Shown: positions 18,403-27,902 of the stretch, in pieces | Numbering within the stretch: position 1 is the stretch's first letter | How the letters are laid out: each line of letters begins with the position of its first letter | IMG/VR virus record: IMGVR_UViG_3300021403_000005 | Source: a virus | DNA length: 64,000 nucleotides | Direction: 5' to 3' (one strand) | Translations under genes and position numbers: made by a program | Notes under the pieces: model-generated | What the model was told of the DNA's origin: nothing | Seen by the model: only the letters and a program-made list of their open reading frames with translations | Databases searched by the model: none

Positions 18403-19116
18403 TTACACCCTGGGCGGCTGAACAAGAGGATCGGGAATCTGGTTAGTCCAAGCTTGGCTCTGGTACTTCTTGCGAAGCTCCTCGACGTTAGCCGACTGAA
18501 TCAACTTACCATATTGAGCTTCCCACGATTGAGCCATTTGCGGATTATCTGATTGGGCACCAAAGTCCCGCATATAACCAGCCGCAAAGACCATGCTCGC
18601 AGCCACGAATAAGTCAGGCAACATCTGCGTCAGAATAGTGGATGAATTACCAGACGAAAGTGGAGTTGGACGTTGTGTTCCAATGATGATACACTGGTAT
18701 GAAGAATTCGGAGTCGGCCCTACAAGAATCTGCGCATTCGTTGCCATAGCAAAAAACTCAGGAACGCCTTGTCCAACAGAGTTAGACGGACAAGTTACAT
18801 CCAGAAAGTCTCGGCTGACATTCACCAACGATACACGATTGCCTAATGGCGACAGGGCGCTCGCTGGTGTGGTTATCAATACTTGCTCAACAACCAAAAA
18901 TGTCCCGATTGAAGTAGGTAGGATGAATGACTTGCTGTTGGTGGTAAGAGAGCCGGTAGTATCCACTACGCGAGTGGCCAAGAGATCGAGTTCTCTGTAC
19001 AGTCGTTGTTCAGCGTAATCAATCATGCCGGGTTCCATAGTCTGGAAATTCGGATCGGCGCTGCTGATAGCAGTAATGTTGGCAATCTGACTGGTATAAC
19101 TCGTATAATTTATCAT
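18403..19116 (-). CDS. Head-tail adaptor
   Basis: IDYAEQRLYREL, VGPTP.SSY, RP.PLSSGN.ST.LT...PDLFVAASMVFA..YMRD. Confidence 0.7.
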   Translation of the reverse strand: MINYTSYTSQIANITAISSADPNFQTMEPGMIDYAEQRLYRELDLLATRVVDTTGSLTTNSKSFILPTSIGTFLVVEQVLITTPASALSPLGNRVSLVNVSRDFLDVTCPSNSVGQGVPEFFAMATNAQILVGPTPNSSYQCIIIGTQRPTPLSSGNSSTILTQMLPDLFVAASMVFAAGYMRDFGAQSDNPQMAQSWEAQYGKLIQSANVEELRKKYQSQAWTNQIPDPLVQPPRV

Positions 19117-19886
19117 CTGGTTTCGCCCACGTTGAAGATAACCTGAGCTACCGAGATAGCGGTGCCAGTGCCATAGAAAGCAGCGCGATGAAAGCCGAAC
19201 TTTCCTCCCGTAGTAGCGCCGCTGATGGCTTCGCCAATAGCGCCAGCGGTGTTACCTGAAGCAATCGTATTCCAGGCGCCCCACGCGGGAGAGCCAGTCA
19301 CGGAGCCTTGAATCGCGTAAGCTGTTGATCCAAACGTACCACCCATCGGGGCGTTGATAGTAAAGCTCGTTACGGTGTGAGTAATGACTGGAGACTGGAG
19401 ACTCGATGGAGCATTCAGTACAGTCTGGTTGCCTGTCCAATTAATGCCCACGTAATTATTGAAGCTAGAATTAGACACAGATATGGTGGCACAAAGAAAC
19501 GGCGGCTTGTATGGATTACCATCGAAAGCAGCATTTATGTTGCCGTTCTGTGTCATGTTGCCGATACGATTGCCTTCGGTTTGGTTAAACCAGTTGGCGC
19601 CAACGCCAATGGCCGAAAGTGGATTATCATCGCCAACGTAGTATTCTGGGCGCGCGTTCTGGATAGGAACGGGATCGGGAGGGATCAGGATTGTGCGTTG
19701 GCCATTTTGTTGGTACTGGTCTTGGCATGGCTCACAAACTAAAAGCCTGAGATTCTGAAGCCGAGGGCCGCGCCAGTCGTACTGCCAACGCAGTTGGTCA
19801 TGGTTATAAATCGCACCACATCGGTCGCAGGTCGCTCTCGCGCGAGGACGGGTTGCATCTACATCATATCGTCCGTGGGGCCTCAT
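19113..19886 (-). CDS. Structural protein with an N-terminal CxxC...CxxC knuckle
   Basis: ATGA overlap with the upstream stop at 19883-86; ATCDRCG...LLVCEPCQD...PPDPVPIQNARP. Confidence 0.65.
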   Translation of the reverse strand: MRPHGRYDVDATRPRARATCDRCGAIYNHDQLRWQYDWRGPRLQNLRLLVCEPCQDQYQQNGQRTILIPPDPVPIQNARPEYYVGDDNPLSAIGVGANWFNQTEGNRIGNMTQNGNINAAFDGNPYKPPFLCATISVSNSSFNNYVGINWTGNQTVLNAPSSLQSPVITHTVTSFTINAPMGGTFGSTAYAIQGSVTGSPAWGAWNTIASGNTAGAIGEAISGATTGGKFGFHRAAFYGTGTAISVAQVIFNVGETR

Positions 19887-20578
19887 TGCTGCCAATACCC
19901 ACCGATTCCCGGACTGATATACATTGGGACGTTTTCCGTGTCTTGGGTTGTGGCAATCTGGAAGGCCCGTTGATACCGAATGAACATCTTGTCCTCTAGT
20001 TGAGGTGCATAGGTCTCAGCTAGCTTCCACGCTAAACCCGCACAGTAAGCTTCGTAGAATCTATAAGGTATTTCCACATTGTACCCATTTTGCACATCGG
20101 CATCCTGAGTCTGCCTTACGGTATAGAGATTGGCTACATATGGTCCATTACCGTCAGGAACGGGATAGAACGTCACTGTCTGAGAGATGAGACGGTCGTA
20201 CCAGAATACATTGGGTGGAGCTTGCGTGGTCTTGACGGCGTAGGAGGCATATTCTGTGCGGCTGATCGGGTAGATGTAATGATCCACACCGCCCCAGTTT
20301 ACATAGCAATCCAGGATCATCACCGTGGGCGCCGGGACCGCATAAGTCGCGATTCCTTGGGTAAGTGGTAGAGATTGTAAGTTTACCTGCCACAACATAG
20401 GAGTTGAGTTCGACCACTCAGAGAGAATAAAGTTTAACGCCATACGAGCGTTCAGCATGTGCGTCTGAGTTAGCTCCGATGGGCGCACTTGGATGCGCCC
20501 AAAGGCAGCCAAGACAAACTCAGCGCCAGTAGGTGAGAACTGGAATTGCCCACTCGTTTGTTGTGCGGGGGTAAACAT
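19883..20578 (-). CDS. Head completion / adaptor-type protein
   Basis: TAATG coupling at 20578; ARMALNFILSEWSN, ISRTEY, YPVPD, IPYRFYEAYCAGLAWKLA. Confidence 0.7.
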   Translation of the reverse strand: MFTPAQQTSGQFQFSPTGAEFVLAAFGRIQVRPSELTQTHMLNARMALNFILSEWSNSTPMLWQVNLQSLPLTQGIATYAVPAPTVMILDCYVNWGGVDHYIYPISRTEYASYAVKTTQAPPNVFWYDRLISQTVTFYPVPDGNGPYVANLYTVRQTQDADVQNGYNVEIPYRFYEAYCAGLAWKLAETYAPQLEDKMFIRYQRAFQIATTQDTENVPMYISPGIGGYWQQ

Positions 20579-20880
20579 TATGGCTCCAATATTCTTATAA
20601 GGCCGGTTTGTTCTATGTTCGTACTGCCAGTTACCGACAGAACCCAAGTAGCGATTCCTAGCGCCGCAGAGGTACTGGACCAAGTGCCGGTGAAAAAGCT
20701 GTTTACCTGACTTAGCGACACCGTATCGGCCTGCGTTGCCGCTGACGTATTCGTATAGGTTACGGTGATATATCCCGAGCTAGGCACCGTAAGATTACCA
20801 TTGGAATCCAGGTACTCCACGACAAATTGCGCCGAGTTGTTCTGGCTGATGTTTACTGGGCCAAACTGCACTTGCGTCAC
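20578..20880 (-). CDS. Ig-like small structural protein
   Basis: 100 aa, beta-rich, S/T-rich, coupled to neighbours. Confidence 0.6.
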   Translation of the reverse strand: MTQVQFGPVNISQNNSAQFVVEYLDSNGNLTVPSSGYITVTYTNTSAATQADTVSLSQVNSFFTGTWSSTSAALGIATWVLSVTGSTNIEQTGLIRILEP

Positions 20881-20883
20881 GGA

Positions 20884-21234
20884 TCAGTCCTTTATCGACA
20901 CATTGCCGCCAGCTATGGCTGGGACTTCGTAGATCGACACATTGGCCCCCTGGAGCGATGGTGGTGTTGGTTCTGGAGTATATACCTGTACGCCGAATTC
21001 GGCGCTATCGTTCGTTTCCACCGACCTCGCACTCATCGTTCCGGTAATATTAGGTTTTGGCAATAATCGCGTTGGCGCCTCAAAGAAGTGCTGAAGCGAC
21101 GAATGGAGGATTCTAAATCGAACTGGTTCAGACCATGGTTGGTGCCATGCGCTCTCAAACTGAGGTATAACCTTGATAAATGCTGGAGGCGCCTCTGTTT
21201 TGCCCTGATATTGGAACGACAATGCGATGGTCAT
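20884..21234 (-). CDS. WSEPVR-motif protein, short paralog of 24386..25306
   Basis: FQYQGKTE...WHQPWSEPVR...PTRLLPKP..TG...VETND.AEF...GGNVS. Confidence 0.7.
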   Translation of the reverse strand: MTIALSFQYQGKTEAPPAFIKVIPQFESAWHQPWSEPVRFRILHSSLQHFFEAPTRLLPKPNITGTMSARSVETNDSAEFGVQVYTPEPTPPSLQGANVSIYEVPAIAGGNVSIKD

Positions 21235-21260
21235 GCATCATCTTATATAGCTAACTTGGC

Positions 21261-21539
21261 TCATTTTCGGTTTTCCTTTGGCCACCCATTGCAATTAGCG
21301 TCCTCGACTCTGTGAACCATATCCTGGTCAGCTTGAGAAATGTCTGCATCCACCTCTGGAATTACTATCGTACAGCCAGCCGGGCCTCGCCAAGAGCAAC
21401 CATAAAGTACCCCATGAGGCAGGCGAACACCCAAAGTATAGCAAGTCCTTTGAGCTTGCTTTAAAGGCTGGATTATCACACCTGCCAAACTTGGATGGTC
21501 ATAAATAGCTGGTGGCGGATAGTCGTAGAGCCAGATCAT
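21261..21539 (-). CDS. Small Cys-containing hypothetical protein
   Basis: DYPPPAIYDHP, YGCSW, GCTIVIP, EDANCNGWP. Confidence 0.5.
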   Translation of the reverse strand: MIWLYDYPPPAIYDHPSLAGVIIQPLKQAQRTCYTLGVRLPHGVLYGCSWRGPAGCTIVIPEVDADISQADQDMVHRVEDANCNGWPKENRK

Positions 21540-21618
21540 TTCGAGTCTCTAAAAGCCCTCTCCACATCACTCTGCATTGTGACGGTCTTGCCGATGTTGG
21601 CGAGGATGGATTGCTCGG

Positions 21619-22338
21619 TCATAGGGTGGCTATAACGGCGCTAAGGGTTGCTCCCCAAATCGGCGCGAGCCTAGCATGTCCCGCTGTCGTCGGGTGGATT
21701 TGGTCGCTATTGTAATACGTAGCGTTGGTGGTGTTTGCGATATTGCCCATGATCGAGTCCGAGGCGAAGTCAAATATGCCGTCGATGCCGTTTGCTGCGG
21801 CCCAGCCCGACGCGGTGATTGTTGAGTTGTAGGCCACGCGGTTGGCATCCACCATTGGACCGCCAGCATCGGTGCGCGGCAGGACGGTGCCGATGATGAC
21901 TTTGTTCCATCCTGCGGTTTTTCGAGCAGCACAGAAAGCAACCACATCGGCAACAAACTGCGCCACCGTGCCGTCGATACACCCGTCGTTCGATCCCGGA
22001 AAGACCGAATAGACATATCGGCGCTGTGGGATTGGAGAACTGCCGCCGCCAGCAACTGCGCTACCAGATGCCGTGACCATCGGGTCGCCGTAGGTCGTCG
22101 CCATAGCTGTCATGCTAGGCGAGCCGCCATCTAGCTTTGATCCAGAAATCCCAAGGTTCTTCGCAATGACAGGAACACTACTGACGGTCGCATAATATTG
22201 GGGCCACGACTGGCTAAATGCCGCTCCGCAATCTCCAACAGCATTCACGCTCAAATATTGATAGGGGTAACATGTTCCTACGCTATCACATCCAGTGATG
22301 CTGTCGCCGCCAATGCCAAGAATGACGAGCTTGCTCAT
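21619..22338 (-). CDS. SGNH/GDSL-family esterase in the tail module
   Basis: Block I GDSIT, block II NLGISG, block III GSND, block V DQIHPTTAGH. Confidence 0.85.
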   Translation of the reverse strand: MSKLVILGIGGDSITGCDSVGTCYPYQYLSVNAVGDCGAAFSQSWPQYYATVSSVPVIAKNLGISGSKLDGGSPSMTAMATTYGDPMVTASGSAVAGGGSSPIPQRRYVYSVFPGSNDGCIDGTVAQFVADVVAFCAARKTAGWNKVIIGTVLPRTDAGGPMVDANRVAYNSTITASGWAAANGIDGIFDFASDSIMGNIANTTNATYYNSDQIHPTTAGHARLAPIWGATLSAVIATL

Positions 22339-23108
22339 ACAGCACCGAACGTGTGAAGCAGCGTGTGAAGCGCATTGAAAAGCGTCGTTTCTTGCGACGA
22401 TGTAAGCGCGCCGATAGCGAAGGCCGCCAAAATCTGGCTGTTGCCACCCGTACCGTGGCCGAAGTAGATGCTTGAATTAACCAACGCTCTCGAAACGGTT
22501 GTTGGGCTTGCGAGCGTCGTATTGTTGCGTTTGACCGTGTAGAGATTCGAGGCGGTGCGATTTACGGAATACCAGCCAGAGCTATCGGCCCCCGGCGGGT
22601 TGCCAATCTCGGTGCCGTCGTTCATTTGCGTGTAGATGTTGTTGTTTGAATAGAACGGCCAGCACTCAATGTCGGTGTCACTGTGATCGACCCATAGCGT
22701 TGCATTGATTTGCGTGGTAGACAAATTCCATGCACCGATAGTGGCAGCGTTCTGTGTGTAGTGTCCCCCTGCGGTGGACGGATTGAAATTGGAATTTATG
22801 TCATTAACTGTCGGTGCCGCAAATCCGCTCCACCCTCGATAGGCCGTGAAGGTAGGAAGGCTGCCATCTACTATTGGCGTAAAGGTTCCGGAGGTTATTT
22901 CCGTCAAAGACGTTCCACTATCGGGCGCGGCGGTCACAACGATAGCGTCAGAGTCCGACCAGGTATTATCTGGAACCAGCGAATTGATGAACGTCGCGTA
23001 AGCCGTCTGGTCCGAACTAGACGGCAGCATCGCCAGACGATTGAAAAACTGCTGCACTTGCGGAGTGTTGCCTGAAACTCCCGCTCTAAATCCAAAGCCA
23101 ACCCTCAT
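22335..23108 (-). CDS. Tail-associated beta-sandwich (lectin/LamG-like) protein
   Basis: GGAG RBS and ATGA overlap at 23105-08; PTFTAYRGWSG, NSNFNPS, YTQNAATIGAW. Confidence 0.6.
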   Translation of the reverse strand: MRVGFGFRAGVSGNTPQVQQFFNRLAMLPSSSDQTAYATFINSLVPDNTWSDSDAIVVTAAPDSGTSLTEITSGTFTPIVDGSLPTFTAYRGWSGFAAPTVNDINSNFNPSTAGGHYTQNAATIGAWNLSTTQINATLWVDHSDTDIECWPFYSNNNIYTQMNDGTEIGNPPGADSSGWYSVNRTASNLYTVKRNNTTLASPTTVSRALVNSSIYFGHGTGGNSQILAAFAIGALTSSQETTLFNALHTLLHTFGAV

Positions 23109-24385
23109 GCGAGTTCTCCGATGAGAACCCACACATCCTTCGCGCGTTGATAGATCGTTGCGCCGCTGTATTGCCCAGCGATATTGACCTTCCCGCTCGC
23201 AGATAACAGGGTCACCCCTCCAGCGGCGACGACCGTGGTAGTACCGGCCCCGAGTTGCGTGATGTCGATGCGCGTATTGATCGGAAATGGTGTCGTCGCA
23301 TTTGCGGGGATGGTTAAATTGTTGGCGCCAGCGGCGTTCATTTCAATGACGTTGCCGGCGTCGGAAAACACAAGCTGATATGACGCCGTTTGAGTATTTA
23401 TTGTGGGTCCGCCACCTGCTCCATTATAGGACGAACTGCCATCTATTGAGCCGGCCGTGTCACCGGGCAGCGTTGTAGGATCAATCCCTAATCCAACAGC
23501 GCCATTGGTAAACGCAAACTGCGGACCCGTCGCAGTGCCAGAAACAATTGTTGGGACCAGAATTCCCAAGCTGGCGTCATCGCCAGAATAGAATCCCACC
23601 GAGTATGCCTGCGCCCCGGACAACGTATAGTTTCCGGAGATGAGAGACTGACTTTGTGCAAGCCCTTGAATAGCTCCGGCGCAATTTCCCGAAATGGTAA
23701 TATTGGCCCCGGCGTTAAAGCCGTCTTGAAAATATCCAAACACGTCGTTCTGAAAATGAAACTTGCCGGCAATAGCCGTCGAAGAAATATCAACCGGAGT
23801 GCCAAGGTCGGTCGGGTCGGCAAGAATTACGATGTTATATTGCTGGACATACACGTTCCCGCCAGCAGAGCCAGTAAGGCCGGTGCCGTCAAAATCGACG
23901 CCCCCCATCCACCATTGCGTTCCCGTACCCTCCGTGTACCAAGAGGCGCATTCGCTGAAATTGAATAGTCCGTCGTTGGGGCCAGATGCTATTGTTGTTG
24001 AAGCTGTCCCGGCGCCCTTAATAAAGATATTGCCGCCGCCGACCATCGCCTTGGCGCCAAAGCCGACATAAGTACCCGCTGCCACATTAATCGTAATAAG
24101 AAATCCGGCGATATCTATTGTCAAGGCAATAACGCTGACCGCGTGCTGCAACGTCGCCCACGGCGCTCCTATCGACCCATTATTGCTGTCGCTGCCGGTA
24201 GAGCCGTTGACGAAGAGGGAGAGGTTGCCGGTGAGGACGGTGCGGATAGGAGGAACAATAGATGACTGAATCTGCGCAAATGTATATTGAACATCGGTTG
24301 TACCGCTTTGGACGCCAATGGCGGTATCGGTTAAGGCTGGCGCTGTTCCAGCGGCGATGTTCTTAAATTCTTTGACAGCAACCAT
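23105..24385 (-). CDS. Tail fibre / receptor-binding protein
   Basis: LFVNGSTGSDSNNG..GAPWATLQHAV (beta-helix entry), C-terminal QTASYQLVFSDAGNVIEMN...SGATIYQRAKDVWVLIGEL. Confidence 0.75.
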   Translation of the reverse strand: MVAVKEFKNIAAGTAPALTDTAIGVQSGTTDVQYTFAQIQSSIVPPIRTVLTGNLSLFVNGSTGSDSNNGSIGAPWATLQHAVSVIALTIDIAGFLITINVAAGTYVGFGAKAMVGGGNIFIKGAGTASTTIASGPNDGLFNFSECASWYTEGTGTQWWMGGVDFDGTGLTGSAGGNVYVQQYNIVILADPTDLGTPVDISSTAIAGKFHFQNDVFGYFQDGFNAGANITISGNCAGAIQGLAQSQSLISGNYTLSGAQAYSVGFYSGDDASLGILVPTIVSGTATGPQFAFTNGAVGLGIDPTTLPGDTAGSIDGSSSYNGAGGGPTINTQTASYQLVFSDAGNVIEMNAAGANNLTIPANATTPFPINTRIDITQLGAGTTTVVAAGGVTLLSASGKVNIAGQYSGATIYQRAKDVWVLIGELA

Positions 24386-25306
24386 CTATGTCTCCTGCAC
24401 ATAGTAAGTAGTGCCATCTTCAGCGACGTAATAGGTAACTCCATCCTCCGCGACGTAAGCATTCAGTGGGGTCACCGGCGGAGGTGGCACAGGAATGCTC
24501 GGCATTTGTACGAGTGAGATGTTACCACCTCGTACGGCAGGAATCTGTACCATGGATACTCGCGCGGAGACTGGTTTACCGTAAAGAACAATGCTGAATT
24601 CAGCAATGTCCTTGTTGCTTTCTACTGCATTCAGAATCCCCGTTACTTGCGGTGTGGGCAGCAATCGTGGCGGCTGCGCTAGCGCTTGCTGATAGCGCGC
24701 TTGGAGGCCAGCTAATGATCGCGTTGGTTCACTAAACCAATTATACCAGCCCTCCAATTCCACCCTTGGTGATGGCTCAACCGGAGTCGCAAGCGAGATA
24801 AATTGTTGAAGCTGGGCGCCTAGTCCTAGCTTCTGTCGAACTGGCTCCGTGAGCCAATTATAGTAGGCGAAGCTAACGATAGGCGGTTGTGCAGGCCACG
24901 CTAGGTGCGGCTCAGTGCCAATCGGGAAATGTGGCTTGATTCTTACTGGCTCAGACCATGGATAAATCCATGGCGCCGCATTCGTTGATCCAGGTTCTAT
25001 TTTCGCAAAAAACCCAGATGCGTAGGATTGCTGTAAAGCTTCCAGCAATCTCGGTCTGACGCGAACCGGCTCGGACCAAGCCTGATGCCATGGACTTTCG
25101 TAGGTCTTACCGGGTTCGATATTGGGGGTGAGGACTGGACTAAAGAGACCGGACGCAATGAGAGCAACCGCGAGAGCCGGAAGAATCTTCTGCCTTACAG
25201 GCTCAGACCAAGGTTGATGCCAGGGGCTTTCATAGGTCTTGCCCGGCTCAATAGCGTTAGAGAACCCCTCAGTCTTGGCTTGATACTGGAAGTTAATAGG
25301 CAACAT
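24386..25306 (-). CDS. WSEPVR-repeat structural protein
   Basis: Five W..[PAW]W?[ST]EP[VT]R units plus a C-terminal YVAEDG.TY tandem repeat. Confidence 0.7.
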   Translation of the reverse strand: MLPINFQYQAKTEGFSNAIEPGKTYESPWHQPWSEPVRQKILPALAVALIASGLFSPVLTPNIEPGKTYESPWHQAWSEPVRVRPRLLEALQQSYASGFFAKIEPGSTNAAPWIYPWSEPVRIKPHFPIGTEPHLAWPAQPPIVSFAYYNWLTEPVRQKLGLGAQLQQFISLATPVEPSPRVELEGWYNWFSEPTRSLAGLQARYQQALAQPPRLLPTPQVTGILNAVESNKDIAEFSIVLYGKPVSARVSMVQIPAVRGGNISLVQMPSIPVPPPPVTPLNAYVAEDGVTYYVAEDGTTYYVQET

Positions 25307-26081
25307 AGCCTATCTTCCTCGGAGAGAAATCTGGAAATTCTTGAACCACAGGAGGAAGCCCAGAATAAGTAATGACTATGACCCCCTGAATCCCAACCCC
25401 AGCGGTGCCGCCCGTAAGACAGCCCCCTCCGCCACCACCGTAATTACCACCCGCTCCACCAGTTCCAATCGCGACCCCCCCACCACCGCCTCCAGAGCCA
25501 GCAGTTACCCATTCCGTTCCTGGGGACCCGGCACCTCCGGTTCCAGTTGTCCCGCCTGCGCCTCCGGCGCCGCCAAAACCAGCATCGCCAGAACCGCCGT
25601 TACCACCAAGAGCAGCCCCTCCCGTAGCTCCGCTATTGCCAGCGCCATTCGGCCCACCAGCGCCACCCCCGCCGCCGCCATCGGTGCCAAGGCTCCCACC
25701 ACTCCCTCCTGCAAAAGCAAAAGAAGAACCTGGATTGGTAATGCTGCCACCGACACCACCAACACTATTAGAGGAAGTGCCCCCGGCCTGAAGGCCGGGA
25801 CCAGTTCCTCTTGCACCACAAATACTTGCCGCCACCCCCGCCGAACCAAGCGCAGTACCAGTGGTGCCTGTAGAGGTCCCTACAACATAAGTTATACTTA
25901 GCCCTGGAGTCAGAGAACTTACGTTCGTAGCTTTCGCGTAAGAACCGGCGCCGCCGCCAACGCCAGAGGTAAGGCCGCTAGAACCGGCGCCGACGCATTC
26001 AATGATGTTGTTGCTGCTGTTCCAATCCGATGGAACAACCCAGGTATTAATCCCGACACTTGTGAGAATAACCTTGACCAT
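25293..26081 (-). CDS. Glycine-rich tail fibre-like protein
   Basis: WVVPSDW..IIECVGAG..GGGAGSY, long Gly runs, GIQGVIVITY. Confidence 0.75.
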   Translation of the reverse strand: MVKVILTSVGINTWVVPSDWNSSNNIIECVGAGSSGLTSGVGGGAGSYAKATNVSSLTPGLSITYVVGTSTGTTGTALGSAGVAASICGARGTGPGLQAGGTSSNSVGGVGGSITNPGSSFAFAGGSGGSLGTDGGGGGGAGGPNGAGNSGATGGAALGGNGGSGDAGFGGAGGAGGTTGTGGAGSPGTEWVTAGSGGGGGGVAIGTGGAGGNYGGGGGGCLTGGTAGVGIQGVIVITYSGLPPVVQEFPDFSPRKIGYVAY

Positions 26082-26083
26082 GA

Positions 26084-26395
26084 TTATACATGCTCATAGG
26101 TCCGGGCGCGCTCTAAAGCATTCTTAATGCCGCGCTCTGTTTGCTCAAGCCACTTCTCAAATGGACGGCATGGTAAATTGCAGCAGCGCTGACAAATGCG
26201 CTGCATACAGTTGCGACAGAATCCTATGTCGTTAGGTCCAGGTCTTACAGGCGTATGAACTATGGAATTGCAGTGAAAGCACGAATAGGTATCGCGCTCT
26301 GTTAATCCAGCCTGAATTTCCTCGCAGTGCAGCCCAAAGCTGATACGTTGCGGTTCGGGAGATATAATCGTTGCGTAGCCCCCAGCGCGCAGCAT
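26084..26395 (-). CDS. Cys-rich zinc-binding protein
   Basis: CFHC...CRNC...CQRC...C pattern followed by PFEKWLE. Confidence 0.65.
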   Translation of the reverse strand: MLRAGGYATIISPEPQRISFGLHCEEIQAGLTERDTYSCFHCNSIVHTPVRPGPNDIGFCRNCMQRICQRCCNLPCRPFEKWLEQTERGIKNALERARTYEHV

Positions 26396-26397
26396 TA

Positions 26398-26958
26398 TTA
26401 GAGTTCACTAACCAGAACAGTTCCAGTTGCGGTGCCAGTATAGGCAGCCGAGCGAGCGTTCAGTGCTACGCCATTGAAGCCTGTGCCGGACGAGTTGGCC
26501 GGAACCACAAGCTCGGAACCAGGAGCCGCAACCCAGCGATAAGAAGCGCGTTGGTTAACACCAACATACCAGACTTCCTGTTTCGGCACACCCATGCCGC
26601 CAGCAGCCACAGAGGACCCCGCTGATGCGTTCATCACCACAAGAGAGCCGAAACCAGCATCGGCTTGATCGAGCATGTAGGAGCTTGAGACGCTGGATAC
26701 GGCACCAAGCCACACCCCAGTCGTGCTGGCCGTAACGCGAGCGCAATCCCACTCGATAAAATTGTCAGCAGGAGTACCATTGGTGCCGATAAGAATATCG
26801 TAGATTTTGCTGCGTTTGAGAGCTTGCGGGTTGGCTACGGTCTGAACGCTGCCTCCCGTAGAGGCAATCACCGCCAGCAGCGGAGTGTAGGTGGTGGACA
26901 GGGTGACCTGAGCTATTCCTGCCGGAATCGTTGAATTGGTAACGCCGTATTGCGCCAT
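26398..26958 (-). CDS. Ser/Thr-rich beta-sandwich structural (decoration-like) protein
   Basis: 186 aa; YDILIGTNGTPADN, VNQRASYRWVAAPGSELVVPA; few charged residues. Confidence 0.65.
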   Translation of the reverse strand: MAQYGVTNSTIPAGIAQVTLSTTYTPLLAVIASTGGSVQTVANPQALKRSKIYDILIGTNGTPADNFIEWDCARVTASTTGVWLGAVSSVSSSYMLDQADAGFGSLVVMNASAGSSVAAGGMGVPKQEVWYVGVNQRASYRWVAAPGSELVVPANSSGTGFNGVALNARSAAYTGTATGTVLVSEL

Positions 26959-26969
26959 GGCTTGGGTTC

Positions 26970-27902
26970 CTATCCTTGGCTGCCCGGTAGGTTATGACTT
27001 TGTGCCCCACCGAAGATCGAAATAACGTAGTCGTTGTCCTCAAGGGCGCCCTCAAGGTAGGTAACCTGTTGCGCTGTACTATCGCGTTGCTGCCGCAGCG
27101 ACATGATGCGATCCTGAATCTCTTTCTTGCGAGCCAGAAGCTTGCGACCCAACATCGTCACCTCCGAATAACCATAGAGCGCCGGAGGCTGCATAATGTC
27201 GGATTCGTAGGGTGCGGTGATCTTAACGCCGCGCTTCTGTGCTTCCGTGAAGAAATAATAGGCACCAGGGCGCTGGAGGATGTACTCATCGCGTGAGGCC
27301 ATGTCGATGCCGTACAGCGCGATCTCTTTCGCACCCTGCATCATCGCAAAGGCCATCATCCAAGAAAAAGACGAGGTGAAGAAATATGGACCGAATTCCT
27401 TTACTGCTTCCTTCATCGGAAACGGAATCGCGTTGGGAACAAACTCTTGGCTCTGCATGTAGATCGGAAAGGTTTGCTTATTGAGCCATTCCAGATAGGG
27501 GGCGCCGTAATGAGCGTTCTCGGGCCACATCATGTTGGCGTGAATCTCGAACCAAGCATCAATGCGCTCTAGCCCAACCATGTTGCCAGGAGAACAAGCC
27601 CAGATTTTCCAAGAGTGGTCTTTGAAGGGAGCCAACAGTCGCGAGCTTGGCGCTGTACCAATAAGAGCGACTTTAAGAGGAAGCGGTTCGGCAGCGGGAA
27701 CTACATTGATGACTTGAGGCAATTCAGGACCGCCTCCCGTAGCAGTAACAAAGCGCCACGGCGGCTCACCCGGCTCCTTAATCGGCTCGTGGGCTTCCGT
27801 GACCTTCATGGGAATCGGGAACAGCGGCGTGGGTTGCCCGGCCACATGCCCGTTGCCATTAAGCTGGTCGTTCGTGGTGGGCGTAAGCTTAGGCTGCATC
27901 AT
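26970..27902 (-). CDS. Sialyltransferase-fold protein (CstII/GT42-, GT29- or Maf/DUF115-like); candidate CMP-nonulosonate transferase
   Basis: KVALIGTAPS and WKIWACS parallel CstII KKVIIAGNGPS and FDVFRCN; FTSSFSWMMAFAMMQGAKEIALYGIDM parallels CstII ITSGVYMCAVAIALGYKEIYLSGIDF (CstII motifs recalled from memory). Confidence 0.7.
   Translation of the reverse strand: MMQPKLTPTTNDQLNGNGHVAGQPTPLFPIPMKVTEAHEPIKEPGEPPWRFVTATGGGPELPQVINVVPAAEPLPLKVALIGTAPSSRLLAPFKDHSWKIWACSPGNMVGLERIDAWFEIHANMMWPENAHYGAPYLEWLNKQTFPIYMQSQEFVPNAIPFPMKEAVKEFGPYFFTSSFSWMMAFAMMQGAKEIALYGIDMASRDEYILQRPGAYYFFTEAQKRGVKITAPYESDIMQPPALYGYSEVTMLGRKLLARKKEIQDRIMSLRQQRDSTAQQVTYLEGALEDNDYVISIFGGAQSHNLPGSQG

Noticed and set aside
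24386-25306. Repeats as a CRISPR array or DGR template
   Set aside because: The repeats are in-frame protein repeats diverged at synonymous sites; there is no reverse transcriptase, adenine-specific variation or spacer structure.
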